This document shows, piece after piece, positions 36,226 through 43,313 of a stretch of 64,000 nt of DNA. Numbering within the stretch: position 1 is the stretch's first letter; each line of letters begins with the position of its first letter. The DNA is from a virus: the IMG/VR virus record IMGVR_UViG_3300045988_121434, positions 1-64,000 of that record. The stretch is one strand, 5' to 3'. Made by a program: the position numbers and the translations under genes. Under the pieces are notes generated by a model, which saw nothing but the letters and a program-made list of their open reading frames with translations, ran no database searches and had not been told where the DNA came from.

Positions 36226-36547
36226 CCCTCACACGCCCCGCTACAAGCGCGGCACCATCACCAAGGACGGCAAGCTATACGGACGCTATCCCGACGGTTC
36301 GCTCTACCGCATCTACTCCACCTCTGACCGACCCTTCCTTCAGATTGTTGACCGCAAGGGCGAGACGTTCCTTCGCATACGCCAAGCCACCGAGCAGGGC
36401 TATACCGACTGCCCTTGCCCTGGTGCTGCCGACCTCAGCTATTCCTCCTCGGCTCTAAGGCGCAGCAGGACGGTTGGGGGGGGGGGTAAGCTGGTGAACG
36501 CTCTGACCGCAGCAAGCGGAGGGGCGTGCGTGTTTGTTGAATTATGA
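36218..36547 (+). CDS. TRD-like mini-ORF 3 (109 aa)
   Basis: ..RQATEQGYTDCPCPGAADLSYSSSALRRSRTVGGGGKLVNALTAASGGACVFVEL*; G11 at 36476-86 is in frame. Confidence 0.7.
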   Translation: MINPHTPRYKRGTITKDGKLYGRYPDGSLYRIYSTSDRPFLQIVDRKGETFLRIRQATEQGYTDCPCPGAADLSYSSSALRRSRTVGGGGKLVNALTAASGGACVFVEL

Positions 36548-36554
36548 CTTGAAT

Positions 36555-36731
36555 ATGCTTAGAGCAAAGGCAATATCAATAATGGTGAAAAAGGTGGAGC
36601 AGACCATGGTGTTTCAGAACATGCAAGCCAAAGGTCTGATAACGCCTCGCTCGCTTGATGGCGAATGTTTTACTCTTACGTCTGCAATGGGATTAGGGGG
36701 GGCAAACGCCTGTAATAGTAAAGGTATATGA
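36555..36731 (+). CDS. TRD-like mini-ORF 4; family tail out of frame after a G7 tract
   Basis: ..DGECFTLTSAMGLGGANACNSKGI*; with one G fewer at 36696-36702 it reads ..GLGGQTPVIVKVYD* ending at 36735. Confidence 0.5.
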   Translation: MLRAKAISIMVKKVEQTMVFQNMQAKGLITPRSLDGECFTLTSAMGLGGANACNSKGI

Positions 36732-36859
36732 CTAAATACGACCTCTACCAATATCCTCGTGGCTACAACGACGGAGGTAGATTAGGCACTGACGTTTGCC
36801 CGACCTTGACAATCAATTCGTGGCAGCAAAATGTATTTCTGATTGAAGAATATGAATAA
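36728..36859 (+). CDS. TRD-like mini-ORF 5 (43 aa)
   Basis: MTKYDLYQYPRGYNDGGRLGTDVCPTLTINSWQQNVFLIEEYE*; ATGAATAA overlap. Confidence 0.6.
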   Translation: MTKYDLYQYPRGYNDGGRLGTDVCPTLTINSWQQNVFLIEEYE

Positions 36860-36871
36860 AGCAAAGACAAT

Positions 36872-38200
36872 ATGATCACAAAACTCAATTTCACCGACCG
36901 CACCATCAAGAGCTATGCTATCCGTAAGCTCACGCCAAAGGAGTGTTTCCGCTTGATGGGCGTTCGCGACAACGTAATCGGCACGATGCAGAGCAGCAAT
37001 GCCCAAGCAGCCGAACGTTTGCCCGACTGGAAGGGCAAGGGCAAACCCGAAGACATGGCTATATCTGCCTCACAGCAGTACAAGCAAGCCGGAAACTCAA
37101 TCGTGGTGGACGTGTTGGCCCACATCTACGAGCAACTTTTCTATCCCGCACCGCCCAAGCCCCGCAAGCAGGAACAGCTCACGCTCTTCGCCGACCTTGA
37201 TGACTCGCTGCCCGCCATGCCACCAACAGCCGGAGAACGTGGTAAGGAAAATCTTTTCCTCACCACGTTCTCCGGCTACGACTCGCAGCTCATGGCAGCC
37301 GACGTGCTATGCGAGTGGCATCCCGACTTCCGATGGACATGCGTAGGATGGAGCGACATCGACAAATACGCCTGTCAGATGCACAACCTCGTCTTCCCTC
37401 AGTTTGCCGACTGCGCCCTTGGCGACATCACCAAGATTGACTGGCATGAGGTGAAACGCTCGCTCCATGGGCGCGAGGTTGACATCTTCACCTATTCCTC
37501 GCCTTGCCAGGACATCAGCCAAGCCGGAAAGCAAATGGGACTGAAAGAGGGCAGCGACACACGAAGCGCCCTGCTTTGGCGAGTGGCAGATGCCGTGGAG
37601 GTGTTGCGCCCGAAATATCTCTTGCAGGAGAACGTGGCGGCACTGGTAAGCTCGAAGTTCATGCCCGACTTTCAGAAGTGGCTCGACAAACTCTCCTCGC
37701 TCGGCTATGTGAGCCGTTGGGCGCGACTCAACGCAAAGAACTATGGTGTGCCACAAAACCGCGATCGTGTGTTCTGCATTTCCATGCGCAAAGACGTAGC
37801 CTTCGACTATCAGTTTCCCGAACCCTTCGAGCTGCGCACCCGACTGGAGGACGTGTTGGAAAATGAGGTAGCCGACCGTTATTTCCTAAAAGACGATGCC
37901 GTGAGCAAGTTTCTCAAGGCTAACGACTCCGACAACGCCCTATTCATGCAGTTCGACCTGCCACCGACACACGAGGCAGCGATGTTCCTCAAGACCGTGC
38001 TTCAGATATTCATGGAGCGTCACGACGGATGGGACGAAGGCATTGAGTGGAACGAGAAGGAGCTGAGCTATCGTCGCCCAACCATCGCCCGTCTCTACGA
38101 AAAGTTCAAGGAGAACCCAAAGAAACTGGACGTGGAATATTGGCGCGGCTTTTACAAGATGTTTAAGGAGAATATGGAGAGGAATAAGGATGCGAACTGA
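36872..38200 (+). CDS. DNA (cytosine-5)-methyltransferase core, circularly permuted (motifs IX-X precede I-VIII)
   Basis: IX IRKLTPKECFRLMGV, X YKQAGNSIVVDVL, then I LTTFSGYDS, IV YSSPCQDISQAGK, VI LLQENV, VIII YGVPQNRDRVFCI, then the start of a TRD (ADRYFLKDDAVSKFL). Confidence 0.9.
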   Translation: MITKLNFTDRTIKSYAIRKLTPKECFRLMGVRDNVIGTMQSSNAQAAERLPDWKGKGKPEDMAISASQQYKQAGNSIVVDVLAHIYEQLFYPAPPKPRKQEQLTLFADLDDSLPAMPPTAGERGKENLFLTTFSGYDSQLMAADVLCEWHPDFRWTCVGWSDIDKYACQMHNLVFPQFADCALGDITKIDWHEVKRSLHGREVDIFTYSSPCQDISQAGKQMGLKEGSDTRSALLWRVADAVEVLRPKYLLQENVAALVSSKFMPDFQKWLDKLSSLGYVSRWARLNAKNYGVPQNRDRVFCISMRKDVAFDYQFPEPFELRTRLEDVLENEVADRYFLKDDAVSKFLKANDSDNALFMQFDLPPTHEAAMFLKTVLQIFMERHDGWDEGIEWNEKELSYRRPTIARLYEKFKENPKKLDVEYWRGFYKMFKENMERNKDAN

Positions 38201-38381
38201 CAACCCACCCGACCGTGTAATCCATATCATAGCTGATATGATTATGGGTGGCAGGTTGCTCACCTGCCCTGCCTCGATGTTCAGTGCAGAACGCTGCAAC
38301 GGAGCCTTTCACGGCATAGCAATAACCATCATGTCGCGCACCGATTGCAGCGACGTGTTCTTTGTAGCAGTAGAATTATGA
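38190..38381 (+). CDS. TRD-like mini-ORF 6 (63 aa)
   Basis: ..GAFHGIAITIMSRTDCSDVFFVAVEL*; start overlaps the core stop, end is an ATGA overlap. Confidence 0.5.
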   Translation: MRTDNPPDRVIHIIADMIMGGRLLTCPASMFSAERCNGAFHGIAITIMSRTDCSDVFFVAVEL

Positions 38382-38526
38382 AGAAAACCAACCCGTGTCA
38401 CGCAATACAAAATGGGGGGGTACGATTGCGCCTGCAATTACTTCCCACTATTTTAAGGCTGGTGTGCGAGACTTCCTCTTTGCCCTTGCCATACCACATT
38501 GTTGTTTGATAGTAGAATATGAATAA
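38378..38526 (+). CDS. TRD-like mini-ORF 7, frame broken at a G7 tract
   Basis: As sequenced it stops at 38509 (MKKTNPCHAIQNGGVRLRLQ..). With one extra G at 38414-20 it reads ..NGGGTIAPAITSHYFKAGVRDFLFALAIPHCCLIVEYE* ending at 38526. Confidence 0.5.
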
Positions 38527-38671
38527 CAACCCTCGCCCTATCATCCTCGGCTCTTACAGTCCCTCGCAGAACGGCATCATCGTGTCACCACACGGCATAG
38601 CCTTGTGCATAGCCGGGGGAGGTAAGGGTCACGATGTGGATAAACCGAAAATACTGATAGAGTATGACTGA
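38519..38671 (+). CDS. TRD-like mini-ORF 8 (50 aa)
   Basis: ..SQNGIIVSPHGIALCIAGGGKGHDVDKPKILIEYD*; ATGACTGA overlap. Confidence 0.6.
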   Translation: MNNNPRPIILGSYSPSQNGIIVSPHGIALCIAGGGKGHDVDKPKILIEYD

Positions 38672-38843
38672 CAAGTATTACATTGGCTGGGTACGCAGCG
38701 GCAAGGACGGCAAGGGCCTCGTAAAGAGCAGACCGCGCAAGCAGATAGCCAATGCCGTGACGACAATGGTCGGAAGAGGTATTGCCGACCCTCGCGACGG
38801 ACTCGGCAACACCACACCGCATATAGTATATGAATTTGAGTAA
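38664..38843 (+). CDS. TRD-like mini-ORF 9 (59 aa)
   Basis: ..RPRKQIANAVTTMVGRGIADPRDGLGNTTPHIVYEFE*. Confidence 0.55.
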   Translation: MTDKYYIGWVRSGKDGKGLVKSRPRKQIANAVTTMVGRGIADPRDGLGNTTPHIVYEFE

Positions 38844-38860
38844 CCCATAAAACAAAAAAA

Positions 38861-39241
38861 ATGGAAAAAGACAAAAACGTAGAGATAGGCCGTGCTCTCG
38901 CCAATTTTGATATGGCCTGTCGCAATTTGGTCAACCTTGTCAACGACCAACTCTTCGAGACCTCCCGCTCACCCTACTGGGTAGCCGACGAGGTAGGAGG
39001 CATCTGCGACTTCGGCGATACCGACTTCCTCACGCCCGAAGAAATGGTGCTCATTCTCGAACACGGCGTCAGCTACGACGACTATGTAGAGTGGCGCGAA
39101 GCCAACATCAAGTATGGCGACACCAAAGGCTACATCAAACTCAAGTCATGGCTCCGCGGATGCCGACACGACCGTGTGGAGGGTGCAAATACCAAGACAA
39201 ACTGCATCGCCCCAGTCCGTGGCCGTGGAGTAATTCGATAA
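38861..39241 (+). CDS. hypothetical protein inserted in the TRD array
   Basis: 126-aa ORF, not TRD-like except the C-terminal ..CIAPVRGRG, which resembles the start of mini-ORF 10. Confidence 0.55.
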   Translation: MEKDKNVEIGRALANFDMACRNLVNLVNDQLFETSRSPYWVADEVGGICDFGDTDFLTPEEMVLILEHGVSYDDYVEWREANIKYGDTKGYIKLKSWLRGCRHDRVEGANTKTNCIAPVRGRGVIR

Positions 39242-39266
39242 CAACAGTAACAAAAGACAACCTCCT

Positions 39267-39440
39267 ATGCTACACTTTCGCATAGCAGCCTTTCGAGGCC
39301 GTGACCCCGACAATCCGTCCGACCGCAAGCATCCCTCCTGCGGTCGTTTCCGTCAGCGCATGGAGATAAATGCGTTGGGTACGACCAACACGCTTACGTC
39401 AGTAGGCAAGGATAATATGGCATATATAGAGTATGAATAA
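39267..39440 (+). CDS. TRD-like mini-ORF 10 (57 aa)
   Basis: ..IAAFRGRDPDNPSDRK..RQRMEINALGTTNTLTSVGKDNMAYIEYE*, the classic Dcm-type TRD pattern. Confidence 0.7.
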   Translation: MLHFRIAAFRGRDPDNPSDRKHPSCGRFRQRMEINALGTTNTLTSVGKDNMAYIEYE

Positions 39441-39582
39441 TCAAACCCCATTCGTGCAACGCCTCTCTCGCCTCTGCCCACGTCGGGGGTACTCCACCGC
39501 CCTGTCCGCACGCTACGACGGATGGGCAGGGCTCTACGACGAGCACGGACAGCACACCATTGTATTGATAGAGTATGAATAA
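39433..39582 (+). CDS. TRD-like mini-ORF 11 (49 aa)
   Basis: ..CPRRGYSTALSARYDGWAGLYDEHGQHTIVLIEYE*. Confidence 0.6.
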   Translation: MNNQTPFVQRLSRLCPRRGYSTALSARYDGWAGLYDEHGQHTIVLIEYE

Positions 39583-39715
39583 GTACATACAAAATTGTCC
39601 GTCAGGTATCTGTTGCGTTCTGACCTCTCATTACGCAAGAGAAGGATGGGCGAACATAGCAAGCAATACAACATCACAATGCAAAGCACCCACAATATTG
39701 ATAGAGTATGAATAA
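39575..39715 (+). CDS. TRD-like mini-ORF 12 (46 aa)
   Basis: ..GICCVLTSHYAREGWANIASNTTSQCKAPTILIEYE*. Confidence 0.6.
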   Translation: MNKYIQNCPSGICCVLTSHYAREGWANIASNTTSQCKAPTILIEYE

Positions 39716-40202
39716 AAATGTAACAAACCCCATAAAAACAACAGAGACAATGAAACCAGAAGAAAACAACCGTATGGAGGCACTTGCCTACATCATAGCC
39801 GACCTAAAGGCAGAGAACATAGAGCTGGTGCAGCGTGTGCATCAGCTTGTGGAGGATTACAACGACGTAGCACGTCAGTTGCGTGGAATGGAGAAGCGTA
39901 AGGACGAAGACCAGTCAAGGCAGACGCTCGGCGAAATGATGCAGATGCGCGACCATTGCGACAAACTGGAGGTTGAAAACAACAATTTGAAGACGTGCTT
40001 GATAGCAGTCAGCTCGTTTCTGCGAGACAAAAATCTGTATATGGCTAATGGCACATTATGTTCTTATGGGTCTGGCAATCCAGAAGTATGTCCTGAGTAC
40101 TGCAAAAAATGTAACTCCTACCTAAGTACTTTAAAGGATGTTGGTGTGGTTTGCAGCAGAAGACTTGCAGAAGCTTCCGTAATTTTTGCGAAGAGTAAAT
40201 GA
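39708..40202 (+). CDS. coiled-coil/Cys-rich hypothetical protein inserted in the TRD array
   Basis: 164-aa ORF; starts on an ATGAATAA junction and ends on an ATGA overlap. Confidence 0.55.
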   Translation: MNKNVTNPIKTTETMKPEENNRMEALAYIIADLKAENIELVQRVHQLVEDYNDVARQLRGMEKRKDEDQSRQTLGEMMQMRDHCDKLEVENNNLKTCLIAVSSFLRDKNLYMANGTLCSYGSGNPEVCPEYCKKCNSYLSTLKDVGVVCSRRLAEASVIFAKSK

Positions 40203-40360
40203 CACCAACAAAAACCCTCGTAGTCGGCATGATGCAGACGCCACCCTATGACCGCATGTTTGAGCAGAGCCGCCGCGTGTACTCCGCTCAGGGAATATCG
40301 CCCACGCTGCATACACAAGGGGGGGGTGATAGAGAGATTAAGGTATTGGTGGAGCTGTAA
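40199..40360 (+). CDS. TRD-like mini-ORF 13 (53 aa)
   Basis: ..YDRMFEQSRRVYSAQGISPTLHTQGGGDREIKVLVEL*; G8 at 40319-26 is in frame. Confidence 0.7.
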   Translation: MTPTKTLVVGMMQTPPYDRMFEQSRRVYSAQGISPTLHTQGGGDREIKVLVEL

Positions 40361-40390
40361 GAATGTCCGCTCCATATCGCCGACAACACC

Positions 40391-40398
40391 TATCTTTG
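40391..40398 (+). promoter_or_regulatory. candidate -7 box TATCTTTG
   Basis: Matches TAnnTTTG upstream of the GNAT gene. Confidence 0.35.
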
Positions 40399-40476
40399 CA
40401 CATATCACTGAACGAATGAGACTAACATCGTTTTCATTTGTTTCGTCTGGTGACAAACAAAAACAACATTTCATCT

Positions 40477-40830
40477 ATGATACAACATCAGCATTGGGAA
40501 GACTCCACTCACATACTCATTACCGACGAGCAGCATCATGGCAGCATACAGGTGTTCATCCCCAAGCGCACCGAAGACAAGCCCTTGGATGGCGAGGCTG
40601 ACGCTCTCGTCTATTCGCTGTGGGTGGGCGAACGGCACCGTGGCCGTGGGGTGGCAAAACTCCTGATGGAGACAGCCGAAAGGGAACTGAAGCGCTGCGG
40701 CATAGCGACCGTCGCTATATCGTGGGATGGACGCGACTCTCCCCAATGGGTGTTGCAATGGTATGAAAGGTTGGGCTACGAAGGAAAAGCGTTCGACTAC
40801 CGCTGCTGCACGCTTCTTAAACGGTTGTAG
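40477..40830 (+). CDS. GNAT-family N-acetyltransferase (paralog of the C-terminal half of 33451-34110)
   Basis: SLWVGERHRGRGVAKLLMETAERELKRCGIATVAISW; parallels ALYVDESCRKRGIGKGLLEQAERLAHDHHCRVVALEW. Confidence 0.7.
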   Translation: MIQHQHWEDSTHILITDEQHHGSIQVFIPKRTEDKPLDGEADALVYSLWVGERHRGRGVAKLLMETAERELKRCGIATVAISWDGRDSPQWVLQWYERLGYEGKAFDYRCCTLLKRL

Positions 40831-40998
40831 CCAAACAAAAAAACTCATTCCGAAGGCCAAAGGACCGTACTCAGTGTGTCGCATGTCGCCACTCCGTCCA
40901 ACGTATTTAACGGGCTCTGGTGCAGACGAGCGAGGAGAAGGAAAACTCAACCACTGCACATTTCTTTTTATTAACGGATTTATAGAGAATAACGAACA

Positions 40999-42174
40999 AT
41001 GAGCGACTTAAAGATTTTTGCAAAGACCATTGAACCTGAAGCCCAGGAGCAAGTAAGGCAGATGGCAGAGAGCGAGGCTTACCGCGACTGTAAGATTCGC
41101 ATTATGCCCGATTGCCATGCCGGAAAGGAATGCACCGTAGGCACCGTGATTGAGACCCGCGGCAAAGTGGTGCCCAACACCGTGGGCGTTGACATCGGTT
41201 GCGGTATGCTCGTGTGGGATTTAGGCTTTGCCAACATTGATATGGAGATTCTCGACCGTATCATCAACGACAACATTCCAAGCGGATTCAATGTGCATGA
41301 GAAGCGTTTGTCGTCAGAGATGGTTTCCCTTATGCACAATGAAATATGGTGTTTTTTGCCTCCGTGGAAGCAATATTTTGACCTCGACTATGTACTGCGT
41401 TCGCTCGGCACCCTTGGCGGTGGCAGCCACTTTATTGAGGTTGACGTGGACGACGAAGGACGCAAGTATCTTGTAGTACATTCGGGTAGCCGCAATTTAG
41501 GCGTAAAGATATGCCGACATTTTCAGCAGTTGGCATCAAGACAATGCAACAACAGTGAGGAACGTGGACGTATCATTTCCGAACTGAAAGCTCAGGGCAG
41601 ACAGAGCGAGATAAACGATGCGCTGCGCCGGTTGAAACCCGTTTCTAAAGACATGGCCTACATTAGCGGTACCACGCTTGGCGATTACTATGATGCCATG
41701 CGCTTGTGTCAGCATTATGCCGACTTGAACCGTTTTCTTATGGCGCAAACCATAATCAAAGGTCTTGAACTAAAGTCTACAGGTCGTGTGTTCACCACCA
41801 TGCACAACTACATCGACACCTTCGGCATTATCCGCAAGGGAGCTGTGAGCGCAAAGAAGGGCGAGCCTCTGATTATCCCTCTGAACATGCGCGACGGTTC
41901 GCTGCTGTGTACTGGCAAGGGCAACAACGACTGGCTTCAGTCGGCTCCCCACGGCGCAGGCAGACTAATGTCGCGCTCGGCTGCCAAGAAGCAGCTCAGC
42001 ATGGACGAATACCGCCAACAGATGCACGACATCTACTCTACATCGGTATGCGAGGCCACAATCGACGAAGCTCCAATGGCGTATAAGTCGGCAGAGGAAA
42101 TAGAAGCGTTGATAGGCGACACCGTGAACATCGTGAAGCGCATTAAGCCGATATATAACTTTAAGGCGAAGTAA
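40999..42174 (+). CDS. rtcB: RtcB-family RNA 3'-phosphate ligase
   Basis: MPDCHAGKECTVG, GGGSHFIEVD, VHSGSRNLG, TMHNY, APHGAGRLMSR (conserved RtcB metal/GMP-His motifs). Confidence 0.85.
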   Translation: MSDLKIFAKTIEPEAQEQVRQMAESEAYRDCKIRIMPDCHAGKECTVGTVIETRGKVVPNTVGVDIGCGMLVWDLGFANIDMEILDRIINDNIPSGFNVHEKRLSSEMVSLMHNEIWCFLPPWKQYFDLDYVLRSLGTLGGGSHFIEVDVDDEGRKYLVVHSGSRNLGVKICRHFQQLASRQCNNSEERGRIISELKAQGRQSEINDALRRLKPVSKDMAYISGTTLGDYYDAMRLCQHYADLNRFLMAQTIIKGLELKSTGRVFTTMHNYIDTFGIIRKGAVSAKKGEPLIIPLNMRDGSLLCTGKGNNDWLQSAPHGAGRLMSRSAAKKQLSMDEYRQQMHDIYSTSVCEATIDEAPMAYKSAEEIEALIGDTVNIVKRIKPIYNFKAK

Positions 42175-42213
42175 TAACAAATAATATTATTAACAATTAA
42201 AACAAAAACAATT

Positions 42214-42609
42214 ATGACATCAATTATTTCAGCGTTAATCATCATTCTGCTTATCCTGCTGTTTACAATCTTTGCAGCATGGATTGACAAGTTCGGTGCA
42301 AAGCATAAGGAGGAGTTTATCGACGAGACCATTGAGAAGGTCATCGACAAGGTTTCGACAGTTGCTACATCCAAGATAGCAATGGTGTTGGAGAAGTATA
42401 TGACCGGTCCTTGGTATCTTGTGGTCTATACTGCAGCAGAGGGCCAGCCTATCTGGATCTCGAACAATAATATCCGTTCGGTGCACCCCGATGCTGAGAA
42501 ACGCCGACTCGTTGTGAAGCAATTTAATGGCGAGGACATGGTGATTGAAGACGTGGAGAGTTATGACCTCCAGGCTGCAAACGAAATGGCAGACTTCGAT
42601 TTTATGTAA
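42214..42609 (+). CDS. membrane-anchored small protein, paralog A
   Basis: N-terminal TM; GPWYLVVYTAAEG.. shared with the next gene. Confidence 0.55.
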   Translation: MTSIISALIIILLILLFTIFAAWIDKFGAKHKEEFIDETIEKVIDKVSTVATSKIAMVLEKYMTGPWYLVVYTAAEGQPIWISNNNIRSVHPDAEKRRLVVKQFNGEDMVIEDVESYDLQAANEMADFDFM

Positions 42610-42667
42610 CGATACGCTCCAACTATAGACTTATGGAACATTCAACTATTGGATTGACTTTTTTATT

Positions 42668-43051
42668 TTGGCCGTGGCGCTTTTTGCTATCACGCACCTC
42701 TATTGCGTGTGCAGAGTTTTCAGAAACAAGCGATCACCGCTTCATCAGCAGCAGTTTGCTTCGCCCACGCCGCCTGCACCATGGAACACAAGAGCCGAGC
42801 AAGACCTAACGGGGAATAATGACCCGTGGTATCTTGTTGTGTATGCCGATGTGAACGAAAGAAACTACACAGTTGTTGCAGCAGAGGATATTCTGGATTT
42901 TCAGTTCAGCGGCAAAAGAGGAGAAATGAGAATCCACTGCAAGAAATACAACGGTTTCCCCGACAACACTATGAACTTTGAAAACATACACCATTATGAG
43001 TTTCAGCAGGCTTCGCAGCTTGGAGATTTTTGTTTAGAAGGAAAGGAATGA
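42668..43051 (+). CDS. membrane-anchored small protein, paralog B (start uncertain)
   Basis: DPWYLVVYADVNE..; TTG start, or a frameshift at the T-run 42659-64 from ATG 42633. Confidence 0.5.
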   Translation: MAVALFAITHLYCVCRVFRNKRSPLHQQQFASPTPPAPWNTRAEQDLTGNNDPWYLVVYADVNERNYTVVAAEDILDFQFSGKRGEMRIHCKKYNGFPDNTMNFENIHHYEFQQASQLGDFCLEGKE

Positions 43052-43261
43052 ATGATGAAACGAGATACAGCGAAACTTCTTCAAAAAGCCAACGAGGTGC
43101 TCACGGTGCTTCAGAAAGATGGAGCGATGCGCCCAGCAGACTATGCCGTGGTGCTCGGACTGGTGGCAAACAAAATCACGGAGGCTTGCGTCAGCTATGG
43201 TGAAGATAGGCAAATGGTGGTGGATGACCTTTGCATGGTCGTGAGGAAAATGTGTAAGTGA
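43052..43261 (+). CDS. hypothetical protein
   Basis: 69-aa ORF. Confidence 0.45.
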   Translation: MMKRDTAKLLQKANEVLTVLQKDGAMRPADYAVVLGLVANKITEACVSYGEDRQMVVDDLCMVVRKMCK

Positions 43262-43313
43262 GAACGATTTTAGGATGAATACAATATAGTATGGATTTAA
43301 GTTTAATAAGTAA

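Noticed and set aside
36091-39715. Programmed +1 ribosomal frameshifting fusing all TRD cassettes into one polyprotein
   Set aside because: The junction (GAG TAT GAA TAA) offers no slippery P-site re-pairing in the +1 frame, and every cassette has its own ATG. Termination-reinitiation or independent initiation is more parsimonious. Not excluded experimentally.
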